Source of the DNA: Candidatus Rokuibacteriota bacterium
GTDB lineage: Bacteria; Methylomirabilota; Methylomirabilia; Rokubacteriales; CSP1-6
Length of the DNA: 64,000 bases
Reading direction: 5' to 3'
Assembly (NCBI GenBank): GCA_016866775.1
Contig: VGLJ01000006.1
Location: 50,315-114,314, forward strand
Within the stretch, counting starts at the first letter, position 1. Each line of letters starts with the position of its first letter. Positions 12,607 through 19,746 of the stretch are shown piece after piece. The notes under the pieces were generated by a model. That model was not told the origin of the DNA, searched no databases, and was given only the letters and a program-made list of their open reading frames with translations. Made by a program: the position numbers and the translations under genes.

Positions 12607-13737
12607 TTGCTCGCGATGCCAGTCTTCATCGCGGGCGCGGGGATGACCCGCATCGGGCGGCGCAGCGAGGCGCTGCCCGACCTCATGGCCGAGGCGGCGC
12701 ACGCCGCGCTCGCGGCGGCCGCGGTCGACGTGCCCGACGCGATCGTCGTCGCCACGATGAACCCGGAAGAGTTTCTCGGCGACGGCAACTTCGCCTCGCG
12801 CGTGGCGACGCACATGGGCTTCGCGGAGGTGCCGACGCTGCGCGTCGAGACCGCGACGTCGTCGGGCGCCGCCGCCTTCTACACGGGCTTCGCGCAGGTC
12901 GCGGCCGGCCTGCGCCAGCGCGTGCTCGTCGTCGGCGGCGAGAAGATGACGCATCTCTCGACGCCGCGCGTGTCCGAGCTCATCGGCCGGTCCATCGATC
13001 CGTACGAGCGGTCGTACGGCGCGACGATGCCGGCGCTCGCGGGACTGATCACGCGGGCGCTCACGCAGCAGGGCGTCGGCCTGCGCGAGTTCTCCCAGGT
13101 GGCGGTGAAGAACCACGGGCACGCCGCGCGCAATCCCTACGCCCACTACACGGCGCTCGTGACACTCGCGCACGTGATGGAGTCGCGCATGGTTGCGGAC
13201 CCGCTGCGCCTCCTCCACTGTTGCCCGATCTCCGACGGCGCCGCGGCGGTCGTCCTGACGTCGGCGCCGACGCCCGTGCGCGTCGCGGGCGTCGGGCAGG
13301 GGACCGACACGCTCGCCGTGCGTCACCGGCACTCGCTCACGGCGTTCCGCGCCACGCAGGAAGCGGCGAAGGCCGCGTACGCGATGGCGGGCTTCGGCCC
13401 GGAGCGCGTCGACTTCGCGGAGCTGCACGACGCGTTCACGCCGTTCGAGCTCATCGCGCTGGAGGACACGGGCCTGATACCGCCGGGCAAGGCAGGCCGC
13501 GCGACGCTCGACGGCGACACCGCGCTCGACGGCCGGCTGCCGATCAATCCCTCCGGCGGTCTCAAGGCGCGCGGGCATCCGCTCGCCGCGACGGGCATCG
13601 CGCAGATCGTGGAGTGCGTGTGGCAGCTCACCGGCGGCGCGGCGGGCCGTCAGGTCCAGGGGCGCGTGGCGCTCGCGCACTCGATCGGCGGCCTCGCGAC
13701 CAACAACTGGGTGACCCTCCTGGAGCGCACGCGGTGA
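12607..13737 (+). CDS. Thiolase-like protein (SCP-x / non-decarboxylating thiolase domain, DUF35-partner type)
   Basis: MPVFIAGAGMTRIGRR... active-site region HCCPISDGAAAVVL and C-terminal NPSGGLKARGHPLAATG. 376 aa. Confidence 0.85.
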   Translation: MLAMPVFIAGAGMTRIGRRSEALPDLMAEAAHAALAAAAVDVPDAIVVATMNPEEFLGDGNFASRVATHMGFAEVPTLRVETATSSGAAAFYTGFAQVAAGLRQRVLVVGGEKMTHLSTPRVSELIGRSIDPYERSYGATMPALAGLITRALTQQGVGLREFSQVAVKNHGHAARNPYAHYTALVTLAHVMESRMVADPLRLLHCCPISDGAAAVVLTSAPTPVRVAGVGQGTDTLAVRHRHSLTAFRATQEAAKAAYAMAGFGPERVDFAELHDAFTPFELIALEDTGLIPPGKAGRATLDGDTALDGRLPINPSGGLKARGHPLAATGIAQIVECVWQLTGGAAGRQVQGRVALAHSIGGLATNNWVTLLERTR

Positions 13738-14162
13738 TCGAGACCATCGCGGCCTCGAAGTGCCCGCGGTGCGAGGCCGTCGTGGCGCCCCCGGCGCCGT
13801 ATTGCCCGCGCCACCCGGTCGCCATGACGCCGGTCGCGCTGTCGGGGATCGGCGAGGTCGTCACCTACACCACGCTCCACGCGCCGCCCGAAGGCTTCCG
13901 CTCGCCGCTCCACATCGCGCTCGTCGAGCTCGAGGACGGCGCGCGCTTCGTCTGTCACGGCTCCGAGACGCGCGGCCTGAAGGTCGGCGCGACGGTCGCC
14001 ATCGAAGCCATCGACAACGTGTACTATTTCTCGCACCTCGGCACGCTCGACCGCGCCTTGATCTTCTGGCGCCGCGCGGGCCGGGCCGGCGACAAGGTGA
14101 ACGCGTTCGCGCGCAGCCTCGCCAAGCGCATGTGGAAAGGAAGAGTCCGTGCCGAAGACTAA
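13734..14162 (+). CDS. DUF35 OB-fold / Zn-ribbon protein (thiolase partner)
   Basis: GTGA overlap with the thiolase stop. Zn-ribbon is KCPRCEAVVAPPAPYCPRH followed by OB-fold-like sequence. It is the C-terminus of composite ORF 12513..14162. Confidence 0.8.
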   Translation: MIETIAASKCPRCEAVVAPPAPYCPRHPVAMTPVALSGIGEVVTYTTLHAPPEGFRSPLHIALVELEDGARFVCHGSETRGLKVGATVAIEAIDNVYYFSHLGTLDRALIFWRRAGRAGDKVNAFARSLAKRMWKGRVRAED

Positions 14163-15342
14163 GCCCCTCGCCGGCATCCGCGTGCTCGATCTCACCCGCG
14201 TGCTCGCGGGACCGTTCTGCTCGATGATCCTCGCCGACATGGGCGCCGAGGTCATCAAGATCGAGGAGCCGGGCAAGGGCGACGACACGCGGAGCTGGCC
14301 GCCGTTCGTCGGGGGCGAGGCCACCTACTTCATGTCGGTCAACCGCAACAAGAAGAGCGTCACGTTCAATCTGAAGTCGCCGTCCGCGCGCAAGCTCCTC
14401 GTCGCCCTCGTCAAGAAGAGCGACGTCGTCCTCGAGAACTTCCGGCCCGGCACGATGGAGAAGCTCGGACTCGGCTACGCGACGCTCTCGAAGGTGAACC
14501 CGAAGCTCATCTACTGCGCGGTGTCGGGCTTCGGCGAATCCGGGCCGGAGGGCGGCAAGGCGGGATACGACCTCATCATCCAGGGTGAGAGCGGCCTGAT
14601 GGACATCACGGGCTTCGCCGACGGACCGCCGCTCAAGATGGGGACGTCCATCGCGGACCTCGTTGCCGGCATGTCGGCCGCGCACGGCGTGACGCTGGCC
14701 TTGCTGGCGCGCGCGAAGACGAAGCGCGGACAGAAGGTGGAGCTCGGCATGCTGGACGCGATGGCCGCGCTGCTCACGTATCAGGCCGGTATCTACTGGG
14801 GCACGGGCCAGAAGCCGGGCCGCCGCGGCAACGCGCACCCGTCGATCGTGCCGTACGAAGTCTTCAAGGCGGCCGACGCGTACCTGACGCTCGGTGTCGC
14901 GAACAACTCGCTGTGGGAGCGGTCCTGCGCGGCGATGGAGCGGCCGGACCTCGTGAAGGACGAGCGCTTCGCGACCGAGGCCGCCCGCGTCGAGAACCGC
15001 GCCACGCTCGTGCCGCTGCTGAACGAGATCCTCGGCGAGCGCAGCGCGGACGAGTGGATGAAGCGCCTCGAAGCGCAGGGCGTGCCGGCGGGCCGCATCC
15101 GCACGGTGCCCGAGGTCTGCGAGAGTGAACATCTGAAGGCGCGCGGCATGATCCAGCGCCTCACGCATCCCAAGGCCGGCGCCATCACCGTGATGGGCGT
15201 GCCGATCAGGCTGCACGCGACGCCCGGCGAGGTGAAGACGGCGCCGCCCACACTCGGCCAGCACACGGACCAGGTGCTGCGCACGCTCCTCAAGCTGAAG
15301 CCGGCGGAGATCAAGGCGCTGCGCACCGAGGGCGCGCTCTAG
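14149..15342 (+). CDS. Family III CoA-transferase (CaiB/BaiF family)
   Basis: MPKTKPLAGIRVLDLTRVLAGPFCSMILADMGAEVIKIE is the hallmark N-terminus. 397 aa. Confidence 0.9.
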   Translation: MPKTKPLAGIRVLDLTRVLAGPFCSMILADMGAEVIKIEEPGKGDDTRSWPPFVGGEATYFMSVNRNKKSVTFNLKSPSARKLLVALVKKSDVVLENFRPGTMEKLGLGYATLSKVNPKLIYCAVSGFGESGPEGGKAGYDLIIQGESGLMDITGFADGPPLKMGTSIADLVAGMSAAHGVTLALLARAKTKRGQKVELGMLDAMAALLTYQAGIYWGTGQKPGRRGNAHPSIVPYEVFKAADAYLTLGVANNSLWERSCAAMERPDLVKDERFATEAARVENRATLVPLLNEILGERSADEWMKRLEAQGVPAGRIRTVPEVCESEHLKARGMIQRLTHPKAGAITVMGVPIRLHATPGEVKTAPPTLGQHTDQVLRTLLKLKPAEIKALRTEGAL

Positions 15343-15351
15343 GACATCCTA

Positions 15352-15379
15352 CAGAGAGGTTCAACTAGAGAGGTTCAAC
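15352..15379 (+). repeat. Perfect tandem direct repeat agagaggttcaac x2 (1-nt spacer) just upstream of the selenoprotein operon. Putative operator or regulator-binding site.
   Basis: acAGAGAGGTTCAACtAGAGAGGTTCAACgacGGGAGGacgagATG. It is a locally AT-rich island in a 70% GC genome. Confidence 0.6.
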
Positions 15380-15393
15380 GACGGGAGGACGAG

Positions 15394-15636
15394 ATGGCCG
15401 GACAGGTGACGGTCTACACGAACATCGGCTGAGGGCCCTGCCACCGCGCGGTAGAGTATCTATCGCAAAAAGGTGTGGCGTTCACCGAGAAGAACGTCGG
15501 GCGCGATCCGCAGGCGCGGCAGGAGCTGATGGAGCTCGGGCTGCTCTCGCTGCCGGTGCTGCTCATCGGCGACCAGAAGCTCACGGGCTTCAATCCCGCC
15601 AAGATCGACGAAGCGCTGGGGAGCCTCAATGGCTGA
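15394..15636 (+). CDS. Glutaredoxin-like thiol-disulfide oxidoreductase with in-frame UGA (putative selenocysteine) in a U-G-P-C redox motif. Not present in the ORF track.
   Basis: GGGAGGA RBS, ATG at 15394, TGA at 15430-15432. The readthrough product is MAGQVTVYTNIG-U-GPCHRAVEYLSQKGVAFTEKNVGRDPQARQELMELGLLSLPVLLIGDQKLTGFNPAKIDEALGSLNG. That is a Grx/NrdH-like fold with U replacing the first Cys of CxxC. The stop at 15634 overlaps the next gene's start. Confidence 0.7.
15448..15466 (+). promoter_or_regulatory. Candidate bacterial SECIS hairpin, 16 nt downstream of the UGA
   Basis: GCGGUA-GAGUAUC-UAUCGC is a 6-bp stem (one G-U pair) with a 7-nt loop containing GU. An alternative palindrome CCGCGCGG is adjacent. 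Confidence 0.35.
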
Positions 15637-16042
15637 AGGGGCACCGTTGCAGGCGAACATCGACAAGATGTGGAAGTACGCCGAGAAGTACGCGGAGAAG
15701 TCCGGCACGTCGCTCCATCCCGACCGCGGCGTCACGGAAGCGGTCGTGAACGGGCTCGCGCGCCACATCGAGCTGGTCGGCCGCCCGCTCTGTCCCTGCA
15801 ACTTCTACCCGGACCCCGCGGCGGAGGCGAAGAACCGCCGCTGGATCTGCGCCTGTGACGAGATGCAGAAGTGGAAGTACTGCCACTGCCTCCTGTTCGT
15901 GACGCCGGAAGGAGTTCCGATCACCGAGTACCTGCCCGAGGACCACGAGGGCCGGCAAGCCTACGGGGTCGTGAAGGACCCCCATCCCGACAAGGGCCGC
16001 GCCGTCGGCAAGATCCTCGAGAAGCGCGAGACGGAAGGCTGA
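15629..16042 (+). CDS. Ferredoxin:thioredoxin reductase catalytic subunit homologue (FtrC-like ferredoxin:disulfide reductase)
   Basis: The CPCNFYPD...CACDEMQKWKYCHCLLFVTPEG arrangement matches the FTR catalytic CPC...CHC 4Fe-4S/redox-disulfide signature. 137 aa. Confidence 0.8.
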   Translation: MAEGAPLQANIDKMWKYAEKYAEKSGTSLHPDRGVTEAVVNGLARHIELVGRPLCPCNFYPDPAAEAKNRRWICACDEMQKWKYCHCLLFVTPEGVPITEYLPEDHEGRQAYGVVKDPHPDKGRAVGKILEKRETEG

Positions 16043-17088
16043 GCGCCGCGGGCGACGAGGGGCGCGCGCACGCGCCCGATCCTGCAGCCCTGATCGAGAC
16101 GTACTTCGAGCGCGGCTGGACCGACGGCCTGCCCGTCGTTCCGCCGACCGAGACGTCCATCGCCGCCATGCTCGCCGGGGGCGGCCTGCGCGGCGACGAA
16201 GTCTTCGGCGAGATTCCCGGGCGCAACACCGTGGTGGTCGCCGACAAGGTGGCGATCAACGCCGTGCTCGCCGGCTGCCGGCCCGACTACTTTCCCGTCG
16301 TCGTCGCCGCGGTGAAAGCGCTCTGTCATCCCGACTTCGCGTATCACGGCCCCGCGTCCAGCACCGGCGGCTCCGCCATCGTCCTCGTCGTCAACGGTCC
16401 GATCCGCCACCGCGTCGGTCTCAACGCCGGCAACAACCTCTTCGGCCAGGGCACGCGCGCGAACGCCACCATCGGCCGTGCCGTGCGGCTGACGATGATG
16501 AACGTGATGCAGACGCGGCCCGGCTTCTTCGATCGCGCGACGCTCGGCAATCCCGGCAAGTACTCGTTCTGCTTCGCGGAGAACGAGGAGGAGTCGCCGT
16601 GGCCGCCCCTCCACGTCGAGCGTGGCTGTCGTCCCGAAGAGAGCGCGGTCACGGTCTACGCGTCGAACAGCCTCTACCAGGTCTACAACCAGCTCGCCGC
16701 GACGCCGGAGCCGCTGCTCCGGTGCTTCGCCGACGCGCTGTCGAACCTCGGGCTGCCGAACGTGAAGGGCTTCAACCAGGCCCTGCTCGTCTTCGCGGGC
16801 GAGCACAGCGAGGTGCTCGCGAAGAGCGGCTGGTCGCGGCGCGAGGTCGCCGCGTTCCTCATCGAGCACGCGCGCCGGCCGCTCGCCGACTTCAAGCGCG
16901 CCACGCGCCTGCCGGGCGAGCCGACCGCCTCCGACGAGACGACGGTGCGCGCGCTCTTCGAGCGCCCCGAGGATGTCCTGATCGTGTCGGCGGGAGGCCG
17001 CGCCGGGAGCTGGTCCGCGTGTCTTCCCGGCTGGGGCAACAAGTGGACGAAGGCCGTGACCGCGGTCATCGAGGAGGGCAGCGCATGA
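16039..17088 (+). CDS. Conserved hypothetical protein of about 350 aa in the selenoprotein operon. The start codon is unresolved.
   Basis: Conserved-looking sequence ETYFERGWTDGLPVVPPTETSIAAML...VVVADKVAINAVLAGCRPDYFPVVVAAVKAL. There is no in-frame ATG or GTG between the FtrC stop and that region. It ends in an ATGA overlap with the UGSC gene. It is part of ORF 15871..17088. Confidence 0.5.
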   Translation: MSAAGDEGRAHAPDPAALIETYFERGWTDGLPVVPPTETSIAAMLAGGGLRGDEVFGEIPGRNTVVVADKVAINAVLAGCRPDYFPVVVAAVKALCHPDFAYHGPASSTGGSAIVLVVNGPIRHRVGLNAGNNLFGQGTRANATIGRAVRLTMMNVMQTRPGFFDRATLGNPGKYSFCFAENEEESPWPPLHVERGCRPEESAVTVYASNSLYQVYNQLAATPEPLLRCFADALSNLGLPNVKGFNQALLVFAGEHSEVLAKSGWSRREVAAFLIEHARRPLADFKRATRLPGEPTASDETTVRALFERPEDVLIVSAGGRAGSWSACLPGWGNKWTKAVTAVIEEGSA

Positions 17089-17606
17089 CCAAGATCTTCG
17101 ACCCCACCGCCGCGCCCGTCGCGCGCGCCGTCGCGCTCGCCGCGCGCCCGGTCGAGCTCCGCGGCCTGCGCCTCGGCCTCGTCGAGAACACCAAGTTCAA
17201 CTCGGACACGCTGCTGCTGAAGCTCGCCGACCGACTCCGCGAGCGGCACGGCATCACGATGACGCACATGGCGCGCAAGCGCTCGCCGAGCCACGAAGTG
17301 GACGAGCGCGCGATCGCCGCGCTCAAGGAGCGGAGCGACGTCGTCGTCTCGGGCATCGGCGACTGAGGGTCCTGCTCGTCGAGCAGTGTGCTCGACGCGA
17401 TCCTGCTGGAGCAGCACGGCGTGCCCGCCGTGGCGATCGTGACCGACGTCTTTCGCGCGACCGGCGAGACGATGGCGATGAGCTGGGGCCTGGCGGGCTA
17501 CCCGTTCCTCGACACGCCGCATCCCATCGCCAACCTCCGCGACAAGGATCTCGACGCGCGCGCCGACCGGCTCGTCGAGCCGGTCGTGGCGTTGCTGACG
17601 CGTTAG
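17085..17606 (+). CDS. UGSC-family (seleno)protein: in-frame UGA giving the motif GIGD-U-GSC. Split into two ORFs in the track.
   Basis: ATG at 17085 (ATGA overlap). TGA at 17364-17366 is in frame with the downstream ORF 17388..17606. The joined product is ...ERSDVVVSGIGD-U-GSCSSSSVLDAILLEQHGVPAVAIVTDVFRATGETMAMSWGLAGYPFLDTPH...LLTR, about 173 aa. Confidence 0.7.
17372..17394 (+). promoter_or_regulatory. Candidate SECIS hairpins 6-17 nt after the second UGA
   Basis: CUGCU-CGUCG-AGCAG and the overlapping CGAGC-AGUGU-GCUCG both have GU in the loop. Confidence 0.35.
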
Positions 17607-17626
17607 CGGCCGCGCGCGCCGACGAT

Positions 17627-17700
17627 CAAGAGGACCACGCCCGCTGCCACGGCGACACCGCCGAGCCACGGTGGCAACGGGATGGCGTCCTCTTTTTTCG
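17627..17700 (+). terminator. Terminator-like structure after the UGSC gene (aagaggac...gtcctc stem followed by a T6 tract)
   Basis: caAGAGGACcacgcc...ggcGTCCTCTtttttcgtttcc. The loop is long and imperfect. Confidence 0.4.
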
Positions 17701-17733
17701 TTTCCACCTTTCATGAACTTCAGAGTACAGGGC

Positions 17734-17765
17734 GTGGCCAGGATCTTGTGTGGCCAGGATCTTGT
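17734..17765 (+). repeat. Perfect tandem direct repeat gtggccaggatcttgt x2
   Basis: ggcGTGGCCAGGATCTTGTGTGGCCAGGATCTTGTataga lies in a relatively AT-rich 560-bp intergenic region between the selenoprotein operon and cimA. Confidence 0.6.
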
Positions 17766-17878
17766 ATAGAAGGCAGCGAAGGCCCCGCGGTGCAGCCCGA
17801 ATGCGGGCCTCGATACCACGACAGGGAAAAAACTCTGCCTGGCCTGGGTCCGACGCTCCACACGGTGGTGCGCCCGTA

Positions 17879-18133
17879 GTGTCGCCGGCGCGACTCCTCT
17901 TCATCGTCGCGGCGGGACGCGACGACCTTGCCGATCTCTTGCGACGGCAATTCGCCGACGTCCCCGACTCCGTCGAGGTCGTCGCCGACCGCCGCATGGG
18001 CGACCGCCGCCGACACGATCTGCCCGTCAGCAGCGATCGGCGCCTGGGTTCGCGACGGCGGCTCGATGTCGAGGCCGATCTCTCCTCGATCGGCTGGGCG
18101 CTCGTCCGCCGACCGCACCTTGGGGTTTGTTGA
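17879..18133 (+). CDS. Possible small ORF (85 aa, GTG start), Arg-rich. Weak PilZ-like RRxxxR...DxSxxG spacing.
   Basis: [47 protein letters not shown]...DLSSIGWAL. It could equally be a leader or attenuator region for cimA. Confidence 0.25.
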   Translation: MSPARLLFIVAAGRDDLADLLRRQFADVPDSVEVVADRRMGDRRRHDLPVSSDRRLGSRRRLDVEADLSSIGWALVRRPHLGVC

Positions 18134-18165
18134 CACTCGGCCGGGCGGCCGGGCACGATCGGCGG

Positions 18166-19746
18166 ATGCGACGGCTGATCCGGATCGACGACACCACGCT
18201 GCGCGACGGCACGCAGGGCGAGGGCGTGTCGTTCTCCAGCGAGGACAAGGTACGGCTCGCGAGCCGGATGGATGCGCTCGGCATCCACTACATCGAAGGC
18301 GGGTGGCCGGGCGCGAATCCGAACGACCTCCGCTTCTTCCGTCGCATGCAGGACGTGACGCTGAAGCACGCCAAGCTCGCGGCGTTCTCGATGACGCGCC
18401 GGGCGGGCGGCCGCGCCGAGGGCGACCAGAACATGCAGGCGCTCATCGACGCGGGCGGGCCCGTGGCGACGATCGTCGGCAAGTCGTGGGACTTCCACGT
18501 GACGGACGCGCTGGGCACGACGCTGCCCGAGAACCTCGCGATGATCGGCGACACCATCGCGTACCTGCGGCCGCGCATGGACGAGGTCCTCTTCGACGCC
18601 GAGCATTTCTTCGACGGGTTCCGCGCGAATCGCGACTACGCGCTCGCCACGCTGAAAGCGGCGGCCGACGCCGGCGCGCACTGGCTCGTCCTCTGCGACA
18701 CGAACGGCGGCACGCTGCCCGCGGACCTCGTCGAGATCATCCGCGCGGTGAAGCGCCACGTGAGCGCGCGGCTCGGCATCCACGTCCACAACGACGCGGA
18801 GTGCGCGGTGGCGAATTCGCTCGCGGCCGTCGCCGAGGGCTGCGAGCAGGTGCAGGGCACGCTCAACGGCTTCGGCGAGCGCTGCGGCAACGCGAACCTC
18901 GTCTCCGTCATCCCCGCGCTCGTGCTGAAGATGAAGCTCGAGTGCATCCCGGAGGCGAACCTGCGCGAGCTGCGCGACGTCTCGCGCTTCGTCTCCGAGC
19001 TCGCGAACCGGAAGCCATGGAGCTCGCAGCCGTACGTCGGCGACTCCGCGTTCGCGCACAAGGGCGGCATGCACGTGTCCGCGGCGCAGAAGCACCCCGA
19101 GACGTACGAGCACATCGATCCCGAGGCCGTCGGCAACCATCGCCGCGTGCTCGTCTCCGAGCTGTCCGGCACGTCGAACATCCTCTGGAAGGCGAAGGAG
19201 TTCGGCATCGACCTCGACCACGAGACGCCGGACTCGCGGCGCATCCTCGATCGGCTGAAGGAGCTCGAGGACCAGGGCTTCCTGTTCGAGGGCGCCGAGG
19301 CGTCGTTCGAGCTCCTGATGGAGCGCGCGCTCGGCCGCCACAAGGCGTGGTTCCAGCTCGAGGCGTATCGCGTGATCGTCGAGGAGCAGACCGGCGACGA
19401 CGCCGCGCCGGTCGCGGAAGCGACGGTGCGCGTGCGCGTGAAGGGGATGCTCGAGCACACCGCCGCGTCGGGCAACGGCCCCGTGAACGCGCTCGACCAC
19501 GCGCTCCGCAAGGCGCTCGAGGAGTTCTATCCGAGCCTCAAGACCATGAAGCTCCTCGACTACAAGGTGCGGATCCTCGACGAGACCGCGGGCACCGCGG
19601 CGAAGACGCGCGTGCTGATCACGTCGGGCGACGGCGAGGAGACGTGGGGCACCGTCGGCGTCGCCGAGAACATCATCGAGGCGTCCTGGCAGGCCCTGGT
19701 CGACTCCATCGAGTACAAGCTCCGACGCGACGAGCGCCAGCGGTAG
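18166..19746 (+). CDS. cimA: Citramalate synthase / 2-isopropylmalate synthase family (LeuA-type catalytic TIM barrel plus LeuA_dimer domain)
   Basis: [24 protein letters not shown]...[17 protein letters not shown]...[15 protein letters not shown]. 526 aa. CimA versus LeuA cannot be distinguished from sequence alone. Confidence 0.8.
   Translation: MRRLIRIDDTTLRDGTQGEGVSFSSEDKVRLASRMDALGIHYIEGGWPGANPNDLRFFRRMQDVTLKHAKLAAFSMTRRAGGRAEGDQNMQALIDAGGPVATIVGKSWDFHVTDALGTTLPENLAMIGDTIAYLRPRMDEVLFDAEHFFDGFRANRDYALATLKAAADAGAHWLVLCDTNGGTLPADLVEIIRAVKRHVSARLGIHVHNDAECAVANSLAAVAEGCEQVQGTLNGFGERCGNANLVSVIPALVLKMKLECIPEANLRELRDVSRFVSELANRKPWSSQPYVGDSAFAHKGGMHVSAAQKHPETYEHIDPEAVGNHRRVLVSELSGTSNILWKAKEFGIDLDHETPDSRRILDRLKELEDQGFLFEGAEASFELLMERALGRHKAWFQLEAYRVIVEEQTGDDAAPVAEATVRVRVKGMLEHTAASGNGPVNALDHALRKALEEFYPSLKTMKLLDYKVRILDETAGTAAKTRVLITSGDGEETWGTVGVAENIIEASWQALVDSIEYKLRRDERQR

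Noticed and set aside
15430-17366. Treating the two in-frame TGAs as ordinary stops, giving a 12-aa peptide and a truncated protein, or as sequencing errors
   Set aside because: Both sit precisely at the redox-active position of known Sec/Cys motifs (UxxC and UGSC), the frame is maintained downstream, and hairpins follow. Unlike the homopolymer indels elsewhere they involve no frame change.
15352-17765. CRISPR array or other repeat-based system suggested by the tandem repeats
   Set aside because: Only two copies each, no spacer-repeat periodicity and no cas genes. They are more likely regulator-binding sites.
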